Shown here piece by piece: positions 1 through 8,093 of a stretch of 11,555 nucleotides of DNA. The notes under the pieces are model-generated. The model was not told the DNA's origin. It saw nothing but the letters and a program-made list of their open reading frames with translations, and made no database searches. The stretch lies in contig NW_021826731.1 in NCBI RefSeq assembly GCF_006345805.1, forward strand, positions 1 through 11,555, read 5' to 3'. The first letter of the stretch is position 1, and each line of letters starts with the position of its first letter. The position numbers and the translations under genes were made by a program. This stretch comes from Octopus sinensis. Taxonomy: Eukaryota.

Positions 1-387
1 AATACCAGCATTGGGTATGAAAATTGGGTACACTATCAGCAGTATTGGATAGGTACTATCCCTTATTAGTTGGGTTGGCTTCCCAACCTCTAACTCTCCC
101 AGAAATACATATATATATATATTATAAAATAATTTCCATTATATTTCTCAGAGCTTTTAGTTTTATTTGCTTCAGTTAATTCTGTAAGAGTGGACAGCAA
201 CTTGTGGTCAAAGGTCTCACAGAGTCTCTTTCCACAATACTCAACATCTAAATACCATTCACAAAATCCTTGTTGACACCAAAATAATAAAATAGTAGCA
301 ACAGTAGGTATACAAGAAGTGTTGCTGGGAGGGAGGGGCTGAAGGTGCCTGGTACTAGAGCATTAGCTTCTTATAGTCTTCCTGGTT

Positions 388-673
388 CTCCATCAGTTAC
401 AGCAAAAAGTGTTCAAGTCGTGAAATTAACATGGAAGTGACTGAGCACTCCACAGACACATGTACCTTTAATGTGGTTCTCAGAGAGATTCGGCATGACA
501 CAGAATGTGACAAGGCTGGCCCTTTAGAATTACAGGTACAACTCACTTTTGCCAGCTGAATGGATGGAGTAATGTGAAATGCAGTATCTTGCTCAAGAAT
601 ACAACACACCACCAGGAATTGAACTCACAACCTTATGATTGTGAGCCAAATACTCTAATCACTAAGCCACATG
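388..673 (-). mobile_element. tRNA-derived SINE, family T (tRNA-like head, shared central block, body type 1)
   Basis: Minus strand has an A-box-like TGGCTTAGTGA (669-659) and a B-box-like GAGTTCAATTCC (626-615). These are followed by ttcttgagcaagatactgcatttcacattactccatccattcagctggcaaaagtgagt, which aligns with the copy at 6371-6625. Confidence 0.8.
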
Positions 674-736
674 TCAGTATTGTGGGAGATTCTGCACATA
701 CATTCAGTGATGAAATTGGGTTGGAATATGATAAAC

Positions 737-875
737 ATTTCTAATTTTTGGCACAAGGCCAGCAATTTTGATGGGCTCAGCTGGTACGTATCTTGTCAAC
801 CCTGAGAAAATGAAAGGCAAAGGTGGGATTTGAAATCAGAGCATAAGCAGTTGAAAGTAACACCACTAAGCATTT
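737..875 (-). mobile_element. Degenerate, internally deleted family K SINE fragment
   Basis: ctggtac...caaccctgagaaaatgaaaggcaaag...ggatttgaaatcaga and ggcacaaggcc..aattttg align with the copies at 1063-1205, 1331-1471 and 10953-11091. Confidence 0.65.
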
Positions 876-1003
876 CTTTTTTACTTTTTTTATCCAGCTT
901 GTCAGACAATTCAAACAATTAGCACCATAATGATTTTGTTTTTTGATTTTTTTGCCACAGAGGGAGGTACAGATGAAGGGGACATTACAGAAAAGGACTA
1001 TGA

Positions 1004-1063
1004 CAACTACAACTACCACTACTAACTATCACTACTACTAATACTACTACTACTACTATTACT
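1004..1063. repeat. (ACT)n/(AAC)n trinucleotide microsatellite
   Basis: Direct reading: caactacaactaccactactaactatcactactactaatactactactactactattact. Confidence 0.9.
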
Positions 1064-1205
1064 AGATCGACCCCTGTAAGCAATTGGTACTGAATTTATT
1101 GACCCTGAAAGGATAAAAGGCAAAGTTGACTTTGGTGGAATTTGAACTCGGAACAGAGAGACAGCATTTCATCCAGTGTGCTAACAGCTCTACCAGCTCA
1201 CCACC
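1063..1205 (-). mobile_element. Family K SINE, head plus core, 3' end missing
   Basis: Minus strand reads ggtggtgagctggtagagctgttagc (A-box-like head), GAGTTCAAATTCC (B box, 1149-1137), then the core gtcaactttgccttttatcctttcagggtcaataaattcagtacc shared with other copies. Confidence 0.8.
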
Positions 1206-1224
1206 TTATCACTACTACTACAAC

Positions 1225-1330
1225 TAATAATAATAATAAGCCTTTCTACCATAGGCACCAGGCTTGAAATTTGGGGGGGATGGGACTAGTCAATTACATC
1301 AACCTCAGTGTTACTGGTACTTAATTTATT
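1225..1330 (-). mobile_element. Family K SINE, 3' end only, with (TTA)n tail
   Basis: Minus strand aataaattaagtaccagt...gatgtaattgactagtccc...gcctatggtagaaagg then (tta)n. It matches the 3' part of 11389-11487 and 1331-1471. Confidence 0.7.
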
Positions 1331-1471
1331 CTTTTCTGCTCTAGGCACAAGACCTGAATTTTTGGGGGAAGGGGCCAGTTGATTAGATCGACCCCAGTAA
1401 GGAACTTGTACCTAATTTATCGACCCCAAAAGGATGAAAGGCAAAGTCAAACTTGGCGAATCTGAACTCAG
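1331..1471 (-). mobile_element. Family K SINE, 5'-truncated at the B box
   Basis: Plus strand cttttctgctctaggcacaagacctgaatttttggggg...gattagatcgaccccagt...atttatcgaccccaaaaggatgaaaggcaaagtcaa...tctgaactca is collinear with the other K copies. Confidence 0.75.
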
Positions 1472-1481
1472 ATTTAGAACT

Positions 1482-1813
1482 GGTAAAATAATAAAAATAA
1501 TAATAAAAACAATAAGGAAAAGGGGAAGAAAAAGGAGTGAGGAGAGAAGATAAAATAAGCAAAAAAAAAAAATCAGAAAATACATAGGAAAGAACTAGTG
1601 TTCACATGAAATCGAAGAAAAAAAAAAGAAAATTGTGATGCAGAAAGAAAAAAAGAAAAAAAACACTAAGACAAAAAAATGTAAAAAGATAATAAAAATA
1701 GATGTAAGACGAAGATGGAGAGGAAGAGAGAGAAAAATACCCCAAAGAAATAGATAAAAAAAAGAACAAAGAGCAAAATACTAAAGAGAAATAACTCGAA
1801 AATAACTGACAAG

Positions 1814-1815
<2 letters not shown>
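1482..1815. repeat. A/G-rich low-complexity tract (pyrimidine-rich on the minus strand)
   Basis: Many A runs of 5-12 nt with GA interruptions. It explains the Phe/Leu/Ser-rich minus-strand ORFs. Confidence 0.8.
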
Positions 1816-1861
<46 letters not shown>

Positions 1862-2031
1862 GTGTGTTTGTGTTTGTGTGTGATGTGTGTGTATATACAT
1901 ATGTTATATACATATATTACACAAATACATACAAATATATATCTGTATGTGTGTATGTGTGTGTATGTGTACACATATATACAAAGAGATAGATAGATAT
2001 AGATACATGCATATGTATATAAATGTATGTG

Positions 2032-2066
<35 letters not shown>

Positions 2067-2143
2067 ATATATATATATATGTGTGTGTGTAGATATATAT
2101 ATGTGTGTGGATGTAGATATATATATGTATATATATGTATATA

Positions 2144-2174
<31 letters not shown>

Positions 2175-2265
2175 TATATTATATATATATATATATATTA
2201 TATTAGAAGAGAGAGCGAGGGGGAAGAGAGTGTGTTGTGTGTGTGTAATATATTATATATATAAG
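1816..2265. repeat. Compound (TG)n/(TA)n/(TATG)n microsatellite block
   Basis: Uninterrupted (TG)n at 1816-1860, then mixed dinucleotide runs. Confidence 0.95.
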
Positions 2266-2270
2266 TGTAC

Positions 2271-2331
2271 GCATAATGGAAGCTAACAAAAATGAGAGAA
2301 GGCAAAACAAAAATTTCCAAGAAGGACCCAT
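2271..2331 (-). CDS. Candidate first coding exon encoding a signal-peptide-like segment, MGPSWKFLFCLLSFLLASIM
   Basis: gccATGG start context at 2331, a Lys followed by a hydrophobic run, and a weak phase-1 donor C|GTACAC at 2270. No homology evidence. Confidence 0.2.
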
Positions 2332-2575
2332 GGCAGCAGTAGTCCGGGGTGTGTGGTTGTGTCGGGTTGGAAATGTCTGTTTAACAAGTGTGGCTTTAAT
2401 AAATGGAACACTATTACCAATTTCCCTTAAGACTAGAGCAGAGTGCTAAAACAGCCATTGTAGTTTCCTGCTCGCACGCTACCAAAGATTGCCGCCGCCT
2501 CAGTCTGGTTGCACTCTTAAGTTCTTTTACCTTACAAACAGCCAACCACTTGCTTCATCTATCATTATATTTATA
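2332..2575. promoter_or_regulatory. Unique, CpG-retaining island; possible promoter or 5' UTR
   Basis: Six CpGs in about 2340-2500 against general CpG depletion. Minus strand has TATAAA (2575-2570), the donor AAG|GTAAAA (GT at 2530) and a YY1-like ACAATGGCTG around 2461-2452. Confidence 0.25.
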
Positions 2576-2743
2576 TACGTGTGTGTGTGTGTGTGTGTGT
2601 GTACATACACACACACACACACACACATACAAACATACACACATATATATATACAAATGTAGATATATATATATATATGTGTGTGTATACTGTGTGAGTG
2701 TGCATGTATGTGTACATAGATGTACAGATATACAAGTGTGTGT

Positions 2744-2792
<49 letters not shown>

Positions 2793-2856
2793 TATTATAT
2801 ATATGTATATATATATATGTGTGTGTATGGTTGTGTACTTATACATATATACATAC

Positions 2857-2887
<31 letters not shown>

Positions 2888-2912
2888 CATATATATATAT
2901 AAATATACATAT

Positions 2913-2946
<34 letters not shown>

Positions 2947-3058
2947 AATATATATTATTTTATTCTTCTACTTGTTTCAGTTATTTGACTGTGGCCGTAT
3001 ATGTATGTGCATGTGTGGTGTGTGTGCATGTGTACCACAGATATATAATAAGTATATA

Positions 3059-3117
<59 letters not shown>

Positions 3118-3410
3118 AACATTACTTGCATACGTTTCTTAGATATATGAGATATAAATATGGAGACACAAAGACACACACACACAAACACAGGTGCATG
3201 TATATATATATAGTTTATACACATACACACATACATATATTCATAATCACATAATATACTCACACTTTCACAAAGAGACATATATATACACATATAATTA
3301 CACAGACATGTATACACCAGGGGCAAATAAACTATACATTATACATATATATATATATATATATATTGTATGTATGTATATTCAATAGACACACATTTTC
3401 TCACATATAC
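2576..3410. repeat. Compound (GT)n/(AC)n/(TA)n microsatellite block
   Basis: Direct reading. It includes a long, near-pure (TA)n at about 3056-3112. Confidence 0.95.
2958..2996 (-). mobile_element. 39-nt 3'-terminal stub of a family V SINE
   Basis: ttttattcttctacttgtttcagttatttgactgtggcc aligns with ttttattcttttacttgtttcagtcttttgattgcagtc at 10823-10861. Confidence 0.55.
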
Positions 3411-3464
3411 ACATGCAAAAACGCTTGTTTGCATCAAATGTTAATAAAAGAAGACTAGCAGAGG

Positions 3465-3716
3465 GTGGAGGAATGGGGGAAGCAGTGGGTTGCAGAGGCA
3501 GGTAGGAAGGTAGGTGTTGGGAAGTAATTGGTGATGGTGGTGGTGGTGGAGGTGGCATTGGTGGTGGTGGTGATGGTGATGGTGGTGGTTGTGGTGGTGG
3601 TGGTGGTGGTGGTGGTTTCTACAAACAGCAAGGGCTGCTGTTAGCTGGAAGCTTTAGGAATTGATGGTGGAGTGGTGGTGGTGTTGGCGGGGTGGGGGCT
3701 ACCTACGGTGGGAGGT
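3465..3716 (+). repeat. G-rich tract with a (GGT)n microsatellite
   Basis: (GGT)n with GAT/GTT variants at about 3531-3616, flanked by GGG to GGGGG runs. Confidence 0.9.
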
Positions 3717-3735
3717 AGAAAGGAACTTGTTACCT

Positions 3736-3740
<5 letters not shown>

Positions 3741-3766
<26 letters not shown>

Positions 3767-3967
3767 AGTGTGTGTCAATGGGGTGTGGGTATGTGGTATT
3801 GAGAGAGTGATGTCAAGAGGGAGGGAGGGAGGGACAGAAGATGGCAGAGAGAAAAGACAGAATGGATGGAACTAACAAAGAAATTACAGTGAAGAATGTA
3901 TATATTGGAGAGAGAGAGATAGAGAGAGAGGGGGGAGAGAGGGCGAGAGAGGGAGAGGGAGAAAGAA
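3741..3967. repeat. (TG)n at 3741-3775 and (GA)n-rich tract at 3907-3967
   Basis: Direct reading. Confidence 0.9.
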
Positions 3968-4019
3968 ACTGAGATAGACAGGAAAACAATATCATTCAGC
4001 ATGATGCCAATTTCTAGTT

Positions 4020-4124
4020 ATGCTTGTGTGCATATATGTATGTACATGTGTCCTATGTGTATGTATGTGTGTATATGTGTGTGTGAGCTTGTGTGCATAT
4101 ATATGCATGTGTGTGTGCATGTAT

Positions 4125-4155
<31 letters not shown>

Positions 4156-4379
4156 GTATATACACACATACAGACACAAATACATATACACACAACATAT
4201 ATGCATGCACACATATACATACATACACACACATACATATACATATATAATGTAGTCTTTGGTCATGGCCAGTCAGAATGTTATCATTGGTTTTGCAGCT
4301 ATTATGCTCTTAACAATATCAGAATCATCAGACCCCCAGCTGGAGCCACATAACCTCTTTGTGCATATCTATCTATCTA

Positions 4380-4432
<53 letters not shown>

Positions 4433-4475
4433 ATTATATATATATATCCATCCATCATCTACATACATATATACA
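4020..4475. repeat. (TG)n/(TA)n/(CA)n microsatellite blocks around a unique island at 4250-4362
   Basis: Direct reading. Confidence 0.9.
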
Positions 4476-4890
4476 TACAAACATTACTTTCTCTCTAAGC
4501 ATAATCATAAAAGTATGAAATTGAGATTAACACAAATAGGGGTATTATAATTTATATTGAGTATATATAAAACTATGTATATATACATTCAAGCTTAAGG
4601 TATATACATACACAAAGAGAGACATATGTTCGGATATGCAAATGAGGGAAGGAAAGTACCCAATACAAGTTGCAGAGTCATATTTATTTATCAAAGAAAC
4701 TGATGCACCAAGCCTTCTATCACTACATTTTAGTTTTCCATTTCTGTTTAGCTTCTTCTGCTGTGGAGAAGGGAAAAATGGTACTCGGATACTCAGAGTA
4801 AATATACAGACACAAAGAAGAAAAACCAAGCAGATATAAATATATGTATATAAATGTGTGTGTGTGTGTTGTGTGTGTGTATATAGTAAA

Positions 4891-5193
4891 GGCACTTTGC
4901 TTAGTGGTTAGGGTGTTACACTCATGATTGCAAGATCTTGGTTTCGATTTTCAGACTAGGCATTGCGTTATGTTCTTGAGCAAAACACTTTGTTTCATGT
5001 TGGTCTGTGATCATTTCATCATCCGAACATGCGGCATGTCATGCCCCTGTACAGGTAACGTAATGTTGATTTGATTGAAGGAGTTAGCTTGTGAGTACAG
5101 ACATTTGATCACTATAAACAAATCATCTGTGTGGTTGTTAAGCAAAAAATTGCAGATCTCACATACGTTATCAAATGACAGGAGAATCCATGA
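4891..5193 (+). mobile_element. tRNA-derived SINE, family T head with body type 2
   Basis: A-box-like TTGCTTAGTGG (4897-4907), B-box-like GGTTTCGATTTT (4940-4951), and tgttcttgagcaaaacactt, also present at 6457-6476. The 3' boundary is inferred from the return to microsatellite. Confidence 0.75.
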
Positions 5194-5194
5194 T

Positions 5195-5229
5195 ATATGT
5201 ACATGTATATATGTGTGTGTATATAAATA

Positions 5230-5279
<50 letters not shown>
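5195..5279. repeat. (TG)n/(TA)n microsatellite
   Basis: Direct reading. Confidence 0.9.
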
Positions 5280-5283
<4 letters not shown>

Positions 5284-5482
5284 ATCCAAACATGAAAACA
5301 CAAACAGAAAACACAATGCGAGGATGTGGAACAAGTATAGTGTTATTGGACACTCAGGAAAGGAAAGAAAGAAGGAGGATTTACAGTTCGAGCGGAGCTC
5401 TTCGTCAGAAACATAGGAAAAGGAAAGATCCAAGGAAGGGAAGATAGAGGAAAAGAAATCGCCAACGATACACACGCAGTCA
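5280..5482 (-). mobile_element. (TA)n-embedded element resembling a Penelope-like terminal repeat, with a degenerate hammerhead-like core
   Basis: Flanked by TA runs on both sides. Minus strand reads CTGACGA-A-GAGC-TCC-GCTC-GAAC (5408-5386). The family assignment is inference from this motif. Confidence 0.5.
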
Positions 5483-5640
5483 TATATATAATATGTATGA
5501 ATTATACACACACACACACACACATATTATATATAAACACATACATACACACACATTTGTATACCTACTCAATTGTGTATGTAATATACATTAGAATATT
5601 TATATATATAGTATGAGAAAGACAGTGATAAGCATATAGG

Positions 5641-5722
5641 CAGATAGATATATAGATGGACAGACAGACAGAAAGATAGATAGATAGACTGATAGACTGA
5701 TAGACAGATAAACAGACAGACA
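5641..5722. repeat. (GATA)n/(GACA)n tetranucleotide microsatellite
   Basis: Direct reading. Confidence 0.9.
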
Positions 5723-5739
5723 GGTATCACTACTTTGTT

Positions 5740-5862
5740 CATCAATGTTTTAACATCTACTTTTGTATGCTGGCTTGGGTCAGATAAAAACTCACTGAGA
5801 CAGATTTCTTAGGGCTGGGTATCCTTTCTTTTGCCAACAGTCACCTGTTTCCAAGGAAGGTG
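5740..5862 (-). mobile_element. 3' end of a family R retroposon (possibly RTE-related)
   Basis: Reverse complement aligns with 5926-6045. It shares the terminal motif acccangc.agcat..aaa...ga.gttaaa with 8935-8970. Confidence 0.6.
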
Positions 5863-5925
5863 AAAATATGTTCTATATTCTTCAAACACATATAATTGAG
5901 CAGGTTATTATTTTTCAAAGAACAA

Positions 5926-6045
5926 GGGGGAGATATAACTTAGCTTGGAAACATAGGTGAAGGTTAGTGACAGATAGAGCATCCAGTCATAATTCATCTG
6001 ACCCATTTGCAAGCATGGAAAACTGAATGTTAAAATGTTGTAACG
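5926..6045 (+). mobile_element. 3' end of a family R retroposon, inverted relative to 5740-5862
   Basis: gagcatccagtcata...acccatttgcaagcatggaaaactgaatgttaaa matches gggcatccagccata...acccatgccagcatggacaatggacgttaaa at 8854-8968. Confidence 0.6.
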
Positions 6046-6370
6046 ATGACACATGATTACACAATTCCCCGTTAGAGGTAGATTCTCAAAAACACGAATG
6101 TCTATGTAATGAAGGATAAGGCTATATTTTTCAAAATTAATAAGAAAATATCTGTAGATAATTTATATCATGAATAACAATGAAGTGAAAGATGAGTTAA
6201 GGCATCTATTTATTATAATTTCAGTCAGCTCAAATACGATTTATTACTAAAGGCAAAGTATGAATAATCACAAACTTTCTAGAAGTGACCACCCCTGCTC
6301 TTTTTATTCATATATATATATATAGTATGTCTAGGACAACATTATTCAACAGATTTTCTCCCACATTTAG

Positions 6371-6625
6371 GGTGGAAGCACATGGCTTAGTGGTTAGGGT
6401 GTTGGACTCAGGATAGTAAGCTTGTGGTTTCGATTCTTGGACCGGGCAACCTGCTGTGTTCTTGAGCAAAACACTTTATTTCACATTGCTCCAGTCCACT
6501 CATCTGGCAAAAATGAGTAATCCTGCGATGGACCAGTATCCCGTCCAGGCAGGGACTATATATGCCATAGAAGCCGGGAAACCAGCCTCTATGTGTTAGC
6601 AAGACTCAAGAAGGTTACTTTTACC
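6371..6625 (+). mobile_element. tRNA-derived SINE, family T head with body type 3
   Basis: A box TGGCTTAGTGG (6383-6393) and B-box-like GGTTTCGATTCT (6426-6437). By recollection the head resembles tRNA-Arg. The central block ttgagcaaaacactttatttcacattgctccagtccactcatctggcaaaaatgagt is shared with 388-673. Confidence 0.8.
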
Positions 6626-6639
6626 TCTACCATATTTGG

Positions 6640-7178
6640 CCCTTCTTATACCAACCTACTTGAGACCATACCTGGTTCTGTGATTCAATTTTCCCATTTT
6701 AAAGTAATCAAAACTAAAACCTTTCTCTAAAATTACATGTTAATTTATGTTCCAAAACTCAGCTTAATAATGACAAAGTTCCTTTACCAAAATTCTTCAT
6801 TTTCTTCAAAATTAATCCAAAGAAACACAGTATATATCAGAAGAAAGAAACAAGGCAACAAAGGGACTGGTGTGATCTAAATTAAAACATTTCATCATTA
6901 AAAAGCTAATTTAGGCTCCAAATACCAACCTAGTAATAACCAAATTCTTCAGTATTTTTTTTTAATAACTGAAACAAAGCAGTGTATTTCAACAGAAATA
7001 TGGTAACCAAGGGGTTAATGTGACCTAAATCAAAACCGTTCATCAAAATTTCATGCTAATTCAAGTTCCGAATACTAGAATAACAATGACAGTTATTTTA
7101 CTAAAATCTTCATTATATTTACAATTAACTGAAACAAAGGCAGTGTATTTCAGTGAAAAATATGGTAACAAAAGAATA
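6640..7178 (+). mobile_element. Three tandem copies of a MITE-like element: 6640-6865 (longest), 6871-7018 and 7019-7178 (both left-truncated)
   Basis: Each unit ends in a variant of ggtaacNaaggggttaa. taactgaaacaaag(g)cagtgtatttca...aaatatggtaac occurs at 6966 and 7126. The left end cccttcttatacc is a degenerate inverse of the right end. Confidence 0.7.
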
Positions 7179-7231
7179 AAAATATGTTATGAAATGGAGT
7201 GGGGAGGGGAGGTTTTGACTGTGTTTTCTAG

Positions 7232-7285
7232 CAGGCAATGCAACCCTGTAGAGAGACTCCCGTCTTGGCTCTCGGAATAAATTTG
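7232..7285 (+). CDS. Candidate 54-nt symmetric internal exon, QAMQPCRETPVLALGINL
   Basis: Acceptor gtgttttctag|cag (NAGNAG) and donor TTG|gtaatg. Only one frame is open, in phase 0/0. No homology evidence. Confidence 0.25.
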
Positions 7286-7405
7286 GTAATGAATAGAGGC
7301 AACAAAAGTTCACCTAACAGTTTGACCTTTTCTTTGTTTCCTTCATGATAACTTAGAGGGAAGGGAACCTCAACAATTACACTAAGTAGAAGCAATTAAC
7401 TACAG

Positions 7406-7484
<79 letters not shown>

Positions 7485-7618
7485 TATATGTATATATATG
7501 TAGGCACGCATGTGTGTGTATATGATACATATATATGATTGTGTGCTGACACTCAAACAATAATACATACAAATACATATATAATTATATATAAGTAGAC
7601 ACACACACACACACACAC
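7406..7618. repeat. (TA)n/(TG)n/(CA)n microsatellite block
   Basis: Direct reading. Confidence 0.9.
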
Positions 7619-7630
7619 TAAAGTACTTTT

Positions 7631-7977
7631 TTATCCTTTATCGTCAGTCACTGGGCCGTCGCCATGCTGGGGCACTGCCTCAAAGACTTTTGGTTGAAAA
7701 AATTTCCTCCAGTACTTATATTTTCTTTTTAAAGTTTGGTACTTATTCAATGAGACTCTAAAGCTGAACTGCCAAGTTAAAGGGATGTAAACAAACCAAC
7801 ACTGGTTGTTTAGTGGTCGGGAAGACAGACACAAACAAAAAGACACATACATACATGCATAAATACATGACAAACTTTTCAGTTTCCATCTTTAAAATCC
7901 AAACAGTAGGCTTTGCTTGACCCCAAGGTGCCATGCAGTGGAACTGAACCTGAAACCAAGTGGTTGAGAAGCCAAAC
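7631..7977 (-). mobile_element. Near-full-length family V SINE with an internal (CA)-rich segment and an internal deletion
   Basis: B box GGTTCAGTTCC (7950-7940). The head aligns with 10659-10799 and the 3' part with 10819-10952. Confidence 0.75.
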
Positions 7978-8034
7978 AATTTTGTTTCTCCAGCATGAAA
8001 TTATTAGTGACTCATACTTAAATATTGTGTATAT

Positions 8035-8037
8035 TGA

Positions 8038-8093
<56 letters not shown>

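Noticed and set aside
48-88. Small hairpins gatag/ctatc and ggttgg/ccaacc; also aatctg/cagatt at 1459-1474
   Set aside because: Stems of 5-6 bp are expected by chance in 11.5 kb.
397-612. 71-aa ORF; likewise 6408-6602, 7758-7979, 8732-9025, 8808-9128 and 10837-11061
   Set aside because: They lie largely within SINE/retroposon copies and show no RT, endonuclease or transposase motifs.
1602-4498. Many 60-218 aa ORFs rich in YI, CV and HT dipeptides, including 2403-3059 (218 aa)
   Set aside because: They are translations of (TA)n, (TG)n and (CA)n runs, which lack stops in most frames. There is no domain-like content.
5175-5447. 90-aa ORF with a basic C-terminus
   Set aside because: It starts in microsatellite and runs through the purine-rich strand of the 5280-5482 element; the Lys/Arg richness follows from base composition.
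6371-6450. tRNA-like sequence (also 4891-4960 and 600-673)
   Set aside because: A and B boxes are present, but there is no intact acceptor or anticodon stem, and each continues into a shared SINE body. These are SINE heads, not tRNA genes.
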